NCBI GenBank assembly: GCA_002189035.1
Contig: CM007991.1
Span: forward strand, 3,472,001 to 3,536,000
Origin: Utricularia gibba
Taxonomy: Eukaryota; Plantae; Magnoliophyta
DNA: 64,000 nucleotides
Reading direction: 5' to 3'
Position 1 is the first letter of the stretch. Every line of letters begins with the position of its first letter. Made by a program: the position numbers and the translations under genes. Below are positions 27,586-40,409 of the stretch, one piece after another. Below the pieces are notes generated by a model. The model ran no database searches. It saw only the letters and a program-made list of their open reading frames with translations, and had not been told where the DNA came from.

Positions 27586-28374
27586 ATGGCGGCATCAACA
27601 ATGGCTCTGTCCTCCCCATCCTTCGCCGGCCAGGCGGTGAAGCTGTCCCCGGAGGTGAGAGCCCCAGGGAGGATCTCAATGAGGAAGAGTGCCTCCAAGT
27701 CTGCTCCTTCCGGCAGCCCCTGGTACGGCCCAGACCGTGTTAAGTACTTGGGCCCCTTGTCCGGAGATGCCCCCAGCTACCTCACCGGAGAATTCCCTGG
27801 TGACTATGGGTGGGACACCGCGGGACTCTCGGCTGATCCTGAAACCTTTGCCAAGAACCGTGAGTTGGAGGTGATCCACGCCAGGTGGGCAATGCTTGGT
27901 GCTCTTGGGATCGTCTTCCCGGAGCTCCTGGCAAAGAACGGTGTTAAATTCGGAGAGGCTGTCTGGTTCAAGGCCGGTTCACAGATCTTCAGCGAGGGTG
28001 GCCTTGACTACTTGGGCAACCCGAGCTTGATCCACGCTCAGAGCATCTTGGCCATCTGGGCTACACAGGTTATTCTCATGGGCGCCGTGGAGGGCTACCG
28101 TGTTGCCGGCGGGCCACTTGGGGAAGTCACAGACCCACTCTACCCAGGAGGCAGCTTCGACCCATTGGGTTTGGCTGATGATCCAGAGGCATTCGCCGAA
28201 CTGAAGGTGAAGGAGATCAAGAATGGCAGACTTGCCATGTTCTCCGTCTTCGGCTTCTTCGTACAGGCCATCGTCACCGGAAAAGGCCCATTGGAGAACC
28301 TCTCCGACCACCTTGCTGACCCCGTAAACAACAATGCCTGGGCCTACGCCACCAACTTCGTCCCTGGCAAATGA
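27586..28374 (+). CDS. LHCB1: Lhcb1, copy 5 (intact, 262 aa)
   Basis: 789-nt ORF. From WYGPDR onward the protein is identical to copies 3 and 6. Confidence 0.97.
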   Translation: MAASTMALSSPSFAGQAVKLSPEVRAPGRISMRKSASKSAPSGSPWYGPDRVKYLGPLSGDAPSYLTGEFPGDYGWDTAGLSADPETFAKNRELEVIHARWAMLGALGIVFPELLAKNGVKFGEAVWFKAGSQIFSEGGLDYLGNPSLIHAQSILAIWATQVILMGAVEGYRVAGGPLGEVTDPLYPGGSFDPLGLADDPEAFAELKVKEIKNGRLAMFSVFGFFVQAIVTGKGPLENLSDHLADPVNNNAWAYATNFVPGK

Positions 28375-28739
28375 ATGAGCTTCTGATTGAGAAGACTTCA
28401 TTATTCTGTATCAGTAATTCACACTTCACTTCAATGTAAATTCTGCTCTGTTCTGTTATGAGAAAAACATGATTTTCATTCTTCAAAACAACACCTATTT
28501 CATCAATTTGGGTTCAGAAATTTGTGTTGGTACTACTCATCTAGCTAAACAATGTCAGATATAAACATTTTCGATATCAAAGCAGAGTCTGTAGCCACAC
28601 ACAACAGCAGGAATCAGATCATGTGTTACGGAGAAATCAGCAGTTTGTCAAAGTACCAACTCAGCCTAAAGTGGGAAACGACCGAAAAATACCCAATAAT
28701 GCACAAGGAATAACGGATGAATCCAACATCACTTGAAAG

Positions 28740-29320
28740 AAGCTAAAAGACAAACTGGATGAGAATCAACTCAATGGCTTGTTAATCTCAACTCTTATTT
28801 CATGCATCCTTATTGGTTCCGTTACCAGATCTCTTGAACAGTTGATCCGACTGAAAGTTTTCGATAACTTGAAGGGTTAATCTCCAGTATGGGAAAAATT
28901 GTTGAGAAAAAATAACCAAATGTTCGAAATACTAGAAACAGGGAAAGGTTTGATCAACGGATGTTCCCAAGCACCGAAGAGGCTTCACAATCCAAATTCA
29001 TCCCTTCAACAGATTAGCCCCAATAAAATATTTGCGCGAAAAAGCTACAGAAATTGCATCAGACGGAAAGAAAGTTGTCACATTGTCCGAGGCCATTCAC
29101 AAATTGAGAATTTCATTCAACACGAAGACACCGAAACCGCGACAGCAATGCTTAAAAACCCTAAACTGAAAATCACGTACCCTCCCGCTAGGCAGCAAAC
29201 TTCAGGTATGACTGGAGGAGCACTCGCCGCTGGCGGTGGCTCCGCCTCCGACGCCAATGACGGTTCGAATGCGATCTGCTCACCCTGAGAACCCGCTGAA
29301 TCCCATTTAATTATATAAAT
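28740..29320 (-). ncRNA. Putative antisense spliced non-coding module (spacer after Lhcb1 copy 5)
   Basis: TATATAA near 29313, hairpin element 29243-29217, donor GTACGT at 29180, telo-box, and the same acceptor and second intron as spacer 4. Confidence 0.35.
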
Positions 29321-29764
29321 AAATATACAATACATGCTTAAATTTAAAAATATGTATTTACTTTATTTAAAATAATTAATAATTTTGAAAAATATATTCT
29401 GAGTAGTTATATAATTATTTTACAAAAAATGCTTATATAAACAAACACAATAAATGGTTTTGTAACCAAAGTGAAGGGCATCTGGTTGGTTGGAATGGAG
29501 GCTATCCATCCGAACACTTTGCAGCCTCTGATTGGCGGAGCAAACGCCATACCAAAAATTCTCAGCCATGAGCACATCCAAAGAGCATGGTTTGAGGTCT
29601 TGTGTCTGCATTTGCAACCAATCAGAGTGAGGAGTCTGATCTTACAGGGATAAGGTTTCGGATGCCAGCATGTGTATAAATACCTTGCTGCATTCCCCTG
29701 TCTTCTCACCACAGCAGCAGCAACAACCAGTGGTCACTTCTTCTCGGGGCACTTAACTTCTCCA

Positions 29765-30553
29765 ATGGCGGCATCAACAATGGCTCTGTCCTCCCCATCC
29801 TTCGCCGGCCAGGCGGTGAAGCTGTCCCCGGAGGTGAATGCCCCAGGAAGGATCTCAATGAGGAAGAGTGCCTCCAAGTCTGTTTCTTCCGGCAGCCCCT
29901 GGTACGGCCCTGACCGTGTAAAGTACTTGGGCCCCTTGTCCGGAGATGCCCCCAGCTACTTGACTGGTGAATTCCCCGGTGACTATGGGTGGGACACCGC
30001 CGGGCTCTCTGCTGATCCTGAAACCTTCGCCAAGAACCGTGAGTTGGAGGTGATCCACGCCAGATGGGCAATGCTTGGTGCTCTTGGGATCGTCTTCCCG
30101 GAGCTCCTGGCAAAGAACGGTGTTAAATTCGGAGAGGCTGTCTGGTTCAAGGCGGGTTCACAGATCTTCAGCGAGGGTGGCCTTGACTACTTGGGCAACC
30201 CGAGCTTGATCCACGCTCAGAGCATCTTGGCCATCTGGGCTACACAGGTTATTCTCATGGGCGCCGTGGAGGGCTACCGTGTTGCCGGCGGGCCACTTGG
30301 GGAAGTCACAGACCCACTCTACCCAGGAGGCAGCTTCGACCCATTGGGTTTGGCTGATGATCCAGAGGCATTCGCCGAACTGAAGGTGAAGGAGATCAAG
30401 AATGGCAGACTTGCCATGTTCTCCGTCTTCGGCTTCTTCGTCCAGGCCATCGTCACCGGAAAAGGCCCATTGGAGAACCTCTCAGACCACCTCGCAGACC
30501 CCGTAAACAACAATGCCTGGGCCTACGCCACCAACTTCGTCCCTGGCAAATGA
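29765..30553 (+). CDS. LHCB1: Lhcb1, copy 6 (intact, 262 aa)
   Basis: 789-nt ORF with the same motifs as copies 3 and 5. Confidence 0.97.
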   Translation: MAASTMALSSPSFAGQAVKLSPEVNAPGRISMRKSASKSVSSGSPWYGPDRVKYLGPLSGDAPSYLTGEFPGDYGWDTAGLSADPETFAKNRELEVIHARWAMLGALGIVFPELLAKNGVKFGEAVWFKAGSQIFSEGGLDYLGNPSLIHAQSILAIWATQVILMGAVEGYRVAGGPLGEVTDPLYPGGSFDPLGLADDPEAFAELKVKEIKNGRLAMFSVFGFFVQAIVTGKGPLENLSDHLADPVNNNAWAYATNFVPGK

Positions 30554-32729
30554 ACAATCTTTTTGGTGTGCATGGTTGATTGAATTCAGGGGAATGTAAA
30601 TCGTGCTCTTTGTTTTCCAAAAATCTGGAGGAAAAAATCCATCCATTTTACTCAATTGTGCCAGCTGCTAACAAGAATCCCATCCAAAAACTAGCAGATC
30701 CACACCCATCGGAACCTTACTACTCAAGCACCCGAACTTTCATAATCCAATCGGAACCATGGGAGCTGGTCGACAGGCGATGCCGCTGCGGCTAAGGAAC
30801 CTCTTTTCTTCCTTCCCATTTCAAGGAATCAAAGAAAGCAACACCACAGTCATCTTCTTTTTATCTAGTTACAGCGATCAGTGACGAGTAATTGGAAAAA
30901 TCCAAAGTGGTGGGAGTCAAAATCAGATCAGACACTTGGGGAGATAAAGCAAAAGAGAAGGTTTGAAGACAGAGACACCTCAAAGATCGGCTAATCTACT
31001 CGACGGAGGGCTGGAAAGCAGATATCTTCCCTATTTGTCATCATCTTCTCCAAACCACCGCCACTAATTCCACACTAGCAATTTTTTTTCATATCTTCCC
31101 TTTTTTTAAATATGTTAAATCCACAGATATTTTCATAAAATAATACTTATTTTCCCCATGATCATACACTTAAATTTTAACCCTTTATAATTATTTAGTA
31201 TAGAAAAAAAAGAGAAAAATATTAAATGATTTTCTTTATCATTAATTTTTTATTTTTAAGGATAAATCAATAAAATATTTAACTATTATTGATCATTCAT
31301 TCATACTAATTAATCTTGTCAAATTGGATGCACCATATAATTCCCACACATGTTTCAAAATGGAAGATGGCGTGGTATAATTCCCATACTGCTTTTACAA
31401 ATGAAAATTCATAAAGACCAATATACAACACGTTGCCGTGTTGTCATCATTCTTACACTGAAGAAACAATTCTTGGTCCATATCTATGGGATTTGATGGA
31501 TCAACCAACGTAGGAGCTTTTCCATCCAACACACTAGCGGTTTGCTCATACTGCAAGTATATAATAGAAAAAATGATCAGATTTGTAAATGATTCTATAA
31601 AGCATGCATGTGACAATTCAACAATTATATACAAATATTCTTTAGTCGCAAATACGAGACAACATAGAACAACTAATATAATGAAAAGAGATCGAACTCA
31701 TTCTTTATTAAATGTCGAAAAACATATGTGAGGGGCTTGATCAACATGGGGCTTATTTGAAAAAATAGTCATCCGTACAATCTATTTCACACAATCAATT
31801 AAAATTGTATATTAACGATTATCACTCACTCATGGGGTGCAACATTGGAGGGATGGTCCCTGCCAACGTGAATCGAATTTTTCCGAGCAATTTTGAATAT
31901 CCGAGAATATTATTTTCTATAAAATTAGTTGTGGTCCAGTCGGATCACCGTTAGCCTCCACATGATTCAGTTAATTACGGATTCTTTTTTTTCTTTTTTT
32001 TTAAATAAATGGAAGCACAACCAACCAACCCATCCCATCAGATGTGCTGTTTTACGGCGCATCCATGGCACGTGATTGTTAATTAATATGCATTTAATCT
32101 TAACTTTTTATACATTATATTTTATCGCAATCACATCACTATATTTTTCTTGTCCGTACAAGTAAAATAAACAAGTACAAAAAATTGTTTTGGAATTAAA
32201 TCTTGAAATCCGATTTCCTTGGAGAAATTGTTTGGTAAATGGGATTTAATAATTTGTGACAAATAGACTTTATTTTTCAAGAATTACTCGTCATTATTAA
32301 TTGAGTTAATAAATTGTTAGAATCAGAATCAGGGAGAGTCAAAGATTCTACCCTATTTGTCAACAGTAATTTTTGGATATTATTTGGCACTAAAATAATA
32401 CTTTTCGTAAATAAAAATATGTGTAGAAAGTTTTTTTTTCAGATATGAAAAGGAAAAAAAAACCTAATTTTGGAATATGGGGGGGGGGGGAAAGCTACGG
32501 CGCATGGCGTCCACGGAAATACAGCAAGTATCCGGTCATGGGAATGGGTCCCACTGGACAATTCCCGTTATGCCCCTGGTTAAAGGCAACAATTTCTGTG
32601 CGCGCCCTCCGAACCGGTCCTTCTGCGCACCGTTAAATTCTGGCATGAAGAGTTGAGGGACTCCGAAATCAAATTCTCAGACCCGCTCTTCGATCGGAAT
32701 CAAATTTCTGTTGAGCTGTGGAAGACTGA

Positions 32730-32998
32730 ATGGAGAAGAAGGCTGCTAGTGTAGGGAAGAGTTCGAGTACCTTCGCTTTTCTCTTCAAGAAGCTGAGTAG
32801 GAAGGGAATAAGCAGTAGCGGTAGTGGAGGAGCAGCGCGGCGGGGAAGCTTAACAGATCCGCGGCGCTGCGGTGGAAGTGGAGGTTCAATTTCCACTTGT
32901 TCGATGGCTTGATCTTTAAGATCGTGTCGGCTCTCGAAGCCGTCGTTCTCGTTTCCGGTCTGTGCTTCTTTTTCCTCTGCTGCGGGTGCCGATTGTGA
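32730..32998 (+). CDS. Small (about 89 aa) protein with basic N-terminus, one C-terminal TM helix and a Cys-rich tail; frame broken at G-run 32842-32845
   Basis: Adding one G joins MEKKAASVGKSSSTFAFLFKKLSRKGISSSGSGGAARRG to KLNRSAALRWKWRFNFHLFDGLIFKIVSALEAVVLVSGLCFFFLCCGCRL*. The tail resembles a small plant protein family ending FFLCCGC(H/R)x that I recall but did not search. Confidence 0.72.
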
Positions 32999-34581
32999 AC
33001 GATCGTTCCTTGCCTGTAAGAAAAATCAGGCGACTCGACTCGAATCCATTCAGTGTGATATCCGCTACTTCCATCCTGCTTTCGCTTGCTTGATTTTTAT
33101 TCTCCGGAAAACGAAATTGCACAAATCTGGTGTCCGGTTTCTGGATTTCATCACTTGCTCTTACCTTTGTGAATTACTTACTGAATAGGATCATGATGCT
33201 TTGTTCAGCCGATTCTGGCTCTGATTGAAGAACAAATGTCAATTACTTGCCCTGCACCCTTCCTCCAATTTCTACGCACGTCTCTCTCTTCAATAACTGC
33301 TCCCGTCATGATTTTCTTAGTTACCGATCATTGCGAAACGGGAATTACAGCGAGCTTGGGGATAATATGGTTATTATATTACTAAATTATTTATTCCACC
33401 TTCAGTAATTATTCTATTAGCCGTTGGAATTCCGGCGGCCGGTTCAGCCGTGAGCATGAAAACAAGTCACGATCGAGATGATCCTCGACGGGCGAAAACC
33501 TAATACCCTCCGATACGCCTGCAGCACCGCATGTAATCGACTAAATACGTGGAACGACACGACGCGAACCTTGTGCAAAAGCAGACATAATTAATTTTTT
33601 TACATATATATCACAATATTATCAAATTTCAACATCATCCAAAAGGCATGTCCCCAATAATTTACTAATTTGATTAATCTTTTTTTTTCATACACTAAAA
33701 CAACAAATTAGATGATTACCTTTTTTTACATATATATCATAATATAGTCAGATTTTAAAATAACCACCATCATTTATTCCATGTGCAACTTAAAAAGTGC
33801 GATTCCCAGAATCGAGGCGAATTTTCCACGCACGTTTGGGTAGTTGAGTCGATTCCATTATTCAATTACCACTTACGGCCCCGTGCCCCTCTTTTTTTTT
33901 TATTTCTAAATGTACATGTTATATACAACCTATTGAACTGATTGTAATGCAAAAATTAAGAGCGCGTGCATATTTTGGAACACAAATTTTGACATCTCAC
34001 ATTTGACATACCAAAGTCAAAAGCAAGTGAGAATTAAAAAAAATACCTTTTTGGGATTACAAAGAGAGTCAGGGGTCTTTTTTTTCCCACCGGTCAGAAT
34101 TGAGAAAACCATGTGAGGTGGAGGTCCACGAGTTTCTGGAAGAATGAGCCGCGTCCAAGACACGGGCACGTTGACCCAAGCACAGGTCCACGCTCAAGAG
34201 AAGACCGATGAGATACAGGAATATAAACATTCAACAAACTTGGTTCGGTTTCTTATAAAATCCCACATCTGATTTAGAGTCTACAGAATAGATGACTACT
34301 ACCTTCCCATATCTAGATGCCAATACGTCGCCTACATTCTAGAAGTTGACTTTATGAACATAGTGCAAGAAATAGCTTCTTTCTTAAGTCTCACCCGGGT
34401 ATGGCTGTGCTGTGCAGTCATGGAAAGCGTATTCTTCGACCTGGAAATGGAAGAAAGCAGAAATTGGGGTGTTGAAATGGAGATGAGAATCATAGATGTA
34501 AAATAGGAAATGGAAATATTAAGAGTAGCAGAGAGATTCTACCATGCAGTTAGATCACGTATATACAGGTAGTGAAACTCT

Positions 34582-35894
34582 TTATAATATGAAATCTGGG
34601 TCGTCGTCCGAGTCGGAATCATCCTCATCAAACTCCCCATTTTCCTGCAAGACGCTCGTGTTGGCTAAATGAAAACTGAACTTGGTGGCTAGTTGTAGAT
34701 ATCTCTTTTCATGATTGGAGGCACATAGATTACAAGACTATGAACACTATTCAGAGGTACATCACCTTTTTCTTGATGAAGCTTGCCATAGCAATCTCAA
34801 ACTCAGCTCGCTTTTGGGTAGCAACATCGTAGTAATGAACCTTTTCCTGCGACCAGAAACATCAGTGTGTTGAATCCTGTTTGAGTACTGTTAACGACAA
34901 ATGCCAATCATAATATGATAGAAGCTAGAAAGTGGTAGAGACCATGCTCCTTTATTCATGAGATGGACAGCGAGTAGATAAGTTAATGTGTAGCAATACT
35001 ATCCAACAAACAACAAAACCGAGGATCCTAAAAAAGAACAACTGAAATATACTGCATCACATTCGATCCCTTATCAAGACTCAGCAGCATCTCAAGAAAA
35101 TATTAATAGCGAATGAAAATGCAAGGGGCTTCTACAATATACTGGAGATACTTTTTTTCTCACTAATAAACTCTGAGTGAAATAATGGATGCAGCAAATG
35201 ACAAACCTCATATGCCATTGATTTCCATTTCTCCCCACAAGCTTTACCAATCTGCAGGAAATGTCAAAGCGATATAAATCAACGAGTTGTATTTATTGCC
35301 AGTAATCACTTATCCAGATATGGTTAAGTAGATAAACATAATCTTCCATAACTCATACATCTTGCATTGCCTTCACACCTGGATTTTCCTCCTGATATAC
35401 CTTACGGAAATCCTCCCTGAAATACTTAATATCACTTCACCACAACTTTAAAATGTAAATACAGTACTGGAGTAAGGATGACAATAATGAGACATCAATC
35501 TTAACCTAGCAGAAACAACATATCTCAACCGCACCACTGCAGATAATTGTCAAACTAGAGACTTGATAGATTAGAACTCCAAGTCAAAGATCTTAGGATC
35601 ATTCAAAATTAAACGGCGTACAAGAAAAAAAAGAAAGCCGTCGGAGGTTTCTTAGGCCTCATGACTTCAATTTTAGCAGCTTTAGTCTTCTTTTTGGCTC
35701 TCCGTCCATAGCTTTTCCTTTCCCTCACTCCCACGGTCAAGCTCCTGAACACAGACACAGCAAATGAAAACCGGAGGGAACCAAAAATCGAATGCTACAG
35801 GGACGCCTATCCCTTTCCAATCTTCTCACCTGCAATCATCAGATTTTGAAGAGGTCGAGGAAGCGACAGGTCCTTGCAGTTTCCCCTTCACCAT
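34582..35894 (-). CDS. HMGB14: HMG-box protein, HMGB14-like, multi-exon
   Basis: Spliced product ...RPKKPPTAFFFFL|EDFRKVYQEENPGVKAMQD|IGKACGEKWKSMAYE|EKVHYYDVATQKRAEFEIAMASFIKKK|ENGEFDEDDSDSDDDPDFIL*. Not covered by the ORF track. Confidence 0.88.
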
Positions 35895-36079
35895 TCTCCT
35901 CGCGGCGGCACCGCCTCTCTCGCTCACTTCACGATTTTTCTGAATCTTCCCGTCAATTACCGAAACTTGTTCTCCAAGTAGCTCTTGTCCTTTTGGGTTA
36001 GAAATTACTTTTACCCGTGTTTAATTACAAAATAGCGGAAAAAAAAAAGATTAAAAATCAACATAAGTGGGCAATAATG

Positions 36080-36119
36080 TTCCACGTCAGCTATGGGAAA
36101 AAATATTCCACGTCAGCTA
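36080..36119. promoter_or_regulatory. Duplicated CCACGTCA (hexamer/bZIP) element upstream of HMGB14
   Basis: TTCCACGTCAGCTA occurs twice, at 36080-36093 and 36106-36119, about 190-225 bp upstream of the ATG. Confidence 0.5.
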
Positions 36120-36349
36120 AAACGTATTATTTTATTATTTCGAATTAACAAAACTCAAAATAATCCAGCCGCATGTGCTTAGCGTAGTCCTCACCATGAT
36201 GACATACAAGAAAAATGAATAGTGGACAAGTAGCACAAATGACAAGGGAAAATCGCATAGATGCCTGCAAGCTAAACCGACACTGGTAGCAGCTTACTTC
36301 TTGAACAAGATCTCAACTACCGGTGGTGGTGGTGGTGGAGGAGGAAGGA

Positions 36350-38456
36350 TCATGGCTTGAATGCCGAGAAAACAACCACAGAGTTGTGCCCACCAAACCC
36401 GAATGAATTGGAAATAGCTGAATGATAAGAATCCGGTAAGCATCCATTGTTATGATGTGCATCAATCGAAGAAGAGGGATCAGATCCATTGTATTGTATC
36501 TTACCAACGTTGATTTCGTGCTGCTTTTTTTGATTTGCTACGACGTCGAAGTCGACCGAGGGCTCTGGATTCTGCAGTACCAAGTGAATGATCTCCCCGT
36601 TCAGAGAGGGATGACAGAGCTTGGAAGCACAAGTAGTATACTTACAAACTGGTTAATTGTGGGATGAAGCCAGCCTGTGGTGATTGCTTTTATTGTCGCA
36701 ATAGCTTCTAGGCCACCAGCTGCACCGAGGCAATGACCTATCATTGACTGGAGCCACATGGCAGAGTTAGGTGCATACAAAGACCAGGAAATCATGGTCC
36801 AGGAGCAGTTGCGGAAGGTTACCTTTGTTGCATTGATTTTTATCTCTGATGTATCCTTGAATACCTTCTTGATGGCATTTATCTCAGCCAAATCTCCCAC
36901 CAGAGTAGAAGTTGCGTGGGCGTTAATGTAGTTTACCTGAAGATAACACAAGCAGTGGTTCCAACATCAGCTCTTAAAAGAGCAGGGCTAGCCTCATTCA
37001 AAGACTAGCATGATCATAGAATGGAAGCCAACCTCTTCAGAGGAAACACCAGCGTCTTCAAGGGCACTGTTGATACACGAAGATACACCGAGTCCATCAG
37101 CTCTGGGATCAGTCATGTGGTATGCATCACAGTTAACTGCGCCTCCCAAGTATTCTGCAATTATAGGTGCATCACGTTTCATGGCATGTTCCAGGCTTTC
37201 CATAACCTGTAGGAAAAGAAAAAGCACATCAGGAAAGGCTTGCCCAAGGCAGCAGTAACTGCAGCAAACCTATACATACCAATATTCCAGCACCTTCACC
37301 CATAACGAAACCATCTCGATCTTTGTCCCAAGGTCTTGAAGCTGTTTGGGGGTCATCATTTCTCTGGGACAAAGCTCTACACGCAACAAAGCCTCCCAGT
37401 CCAATGGGAATGATGGCAGCTTCAGACCCTCCAACGATCATTAGATCAGCTTCACCACGCCGTATGTGATTTGCAGCAGCATAAAAGCAATAGTTGGATG
37501 TTGCACAAGCAGTTGAAATGGAATAATTTGGTCCCATTAATCCAAGATCAATAGCAAGCAACGCAGATCCCATGTTTGTTATGGCGTAAGGTATGAAAAA
37601 AGGAGTAATTTTCCTGTGACCCTTCTCCACAAGAGCATGAACGCCATCAGAAAACACAGTAAGTCCTCCCATTCCAGTACCCACTAGAACGCCAGCTCGA
37701 GCCTTGTCAATCTGCAAAACCCAAAGACATCCCAATTCATGTCTATGCAGCCGAATCAATAGAAAAGGAAATGAAATCAAAAGACCCAAAGCCTATAAAT
37801 ACATCACAATCACTGCATGAAGCAACGAACATCAAATTGAGACCAACCCTTACCTAACACAAGTCACCATCGAAACAAAATCATCAAGCACCTCAAGATC
37901 GGATCAAATTGCAATTGAACCGAAAAGCATTGTTGAGATATAACTGAAAAAGGAAATAACAAAATGAGCAGCGAAAAGGGCCCCTTACGTTTCCCAGTTT
38001 GTCTTGTCCGAGACCAGCATCTTCAAGGGCCTTTTTACCAGCAACAATGCTGTATCTCAGGCAATCATCCAACCTCCGGTCGTTCTTTCCATCAATATAA
38101 CCCCCCGACTCAAACCCACGAATCTGGCCCGCAAATCGTGTGGGAAACTTAGACGCATCGAACCTGTCTATCAAAGTGATGCCACTCTCTCCAGCAAGCA
38201 ACTTCTCGTAGTAAGTATCCACATCGTTACCAAACACCGACACCAAACCCAACCCCGTGATCACCACGCGCTTCTTAGGGTCCGTCTCTCGCTTGGGCGC
38301 CGAAACAGTCCCCGCAGAAGCAGAGATTTTGGAAGGCAGCCTTTTAAGCGAAAGAAGCCTGGCATTGTTGCCGAATAAGGTCCTCGTGAGCGACGATTTG
38401 CCGAGGCCATCCATCGGCGAGAGGCGGAGGGAGCCATATTGCAACACGGCGTCCAT
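36350..38456 (-). CDS. KASI: 3-oxoacyl-[ACP] synthase I, plastidial
   Basis: Transit peptide followed by KRETDPKKRVVITG, ISTACATSNYC (active Cys), YINAHATST (His), SMIGHCLGAAG (His) and NSFGFGGHNSVVVFSAFKP*. Confidence 0.96.
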
Positions 38457-39151
38457 GGAGGCGGCGGCCAGAACCAGCGTCGGAGTTCCCGATGTGGTAT
38501 GTGCGACTGCTATTTCAGTGAAAGAAATTTGTGTGCGCCTTATGAACCGAGCATTGTTTTCCTTCCTTACCTTTATATTCAGGAGGCCCACCTCTCACTT
38601 GGTACATAATTTTAACAATTATTTCCTTTTTTTATATAAAATAAATTATTTTTATGCTTGAAATTTTAACAACAACGACCTTATATCATGTCCGAATTGA
38701 ACAATTTAAAATATATCATGTCCGAATCGAATTATACGACATATTTATGTTTTTCACACCATACAATTCAGGTGCGATCATTCAATCACTAATGCACTTA
38801 GTCATATTAGATCCACGTTGGGAATACAATTAGGTCAAATTTGTATTTTAAAATCGATCGATTAATTGACAATTAGATGGAAAATTTCTAGTAATATTTT
38901 TTAATATGACACACAAATTAACAACAATAATAAGAAATAACACACATATAGATGGATCCAACCCAAGTTTCACCCGTACATATCAAGTTCAATTTTTGTG
39001 TTCATTTAAATCTGCAAACTAGACGGATTATAGTTTATTTCGTCATACCACCAACCAAATGCCACTGACATTACCAAAATAGTGAGCAGATGGATAGAGG
39101 CACTGTTCATTATTCAGCTTCATATGTTACAGAAGGAAAAGAACTGTGCAT

Positions 39152-40409
39152 TCACCAAGAGCGAGTTGCCTTACTTACACCAAGGGAGACAGCAAGGACA
39201 GCAAGAAGAGCCTGGCAAAAATAAAGACACAAGTGTGATGACTTCATCACCTGTTTTTGGAGCTTATAGGCAATGCTCAAAAGTGTGATGACTGGGGATG
39301 ATAATTGGAACCGGGGGTAAACAAATGCATCTGAGAATTGGATGGTGAAGGCGCAGATGAGATGAGGCAAACATTCAGATGGTAAACAACTCAGATTCAA
39401 TGATGGACGATGAAGGAAGAGGGGGGAAAATGCTTTCTTTTCTGCATATGCTCCTGCCAGGGTATGAATGATAGTTACTAGAGAAACTGAAATCACTTAC
39501 AGCTATAGAGCATGCGATGAGTCCAGGCTTCTCTCTGTAATCCAAGTGTACACATATAAGCAGAAAAGCCCCAATGTACCAAGGAATGGCACCCAGAAAG
39601 AAACCACTTATAAACCTTGCATTAGAAGTAACCGCAATCAGACATTGGTGAGCAGTCATGCAGCTCTTTATCATCAAAAGTGATAATGTTTTCTCCCAAA
39701 AAGAACAGAGCACATGGGTGAAGAATATGGGAGCAAAAAATAAAGAATAAGCCCCTTGACTTCTCATGAAGAGTCTATGCAGATAAGTTAAATCAATAGT
39801 TGATGAAACTCTGAAGGTTGTTGGAATAACTTACAAGAACCAACCAATGCCCAAACCACAACAAGGAAGACGATCTTGTCTAAGGGGCTGGTGCACAATA
39901 GCATAGCCTACCAGAAAAGATAGACAAGCAGGCGTGTCAAATTTCTCAAAAAGTTACAGTTCATTTTGATTATACGAAGTGAACCATTCAGAATCGCCAT
40001 ATCTCTGGATTGCAGTGTCCATAGCCTCAAAAGCAAACCCCAAATCAAAGTGAAATACCCATGACAATCAAAACCTAATCTAAACCACCATCTCGAACAA
40101 AAACTCCGAAGGGCAGAGCATAATCAATCGCCACAATTTATACCTTAGAATTAACAAAAAAAATTAATAATACGATGAGAATCACGCACCGGGAACAGTC
40201 TGGTATCCGTTGGAATATACAAGCGACCCAGGCGGCTGAGGAAACCCAACCGCCGGCTGCGGCTCCAGCGAAGTCTGAGGTTGGTAATAATTAGCGACCC
40301 CCTGAAAAGTTCCATAATAGTAATTGGGCGGCGGTGGCGGTGGATGATCACCCCCCATATCCGGCACCAATCTCGTCCTTTCACCGCCTTCTTCGCTCAT
40401 CTTTGTCAT
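39152..40409 (-). CDS. Pro-rich membrane protein of the family annotated '60S ribosomal protein L18a-like' (not a true ribosomal protein), 4 exons
   Basis: YYYGTFQGVANY, QPAVGFPQP, RLPCCGLGIGWFL|FISGFFLGAIPWYIGAFLL..DYREKPGLIACSIA. Start is at 40409 or 40400. Confidence 0.85.

Noticed and set aside
34145-34160. TGAGCCGCGTC, partial similarity to miR171
   Set aside because: Only about 11 nt match and no fold-back partner is evident.
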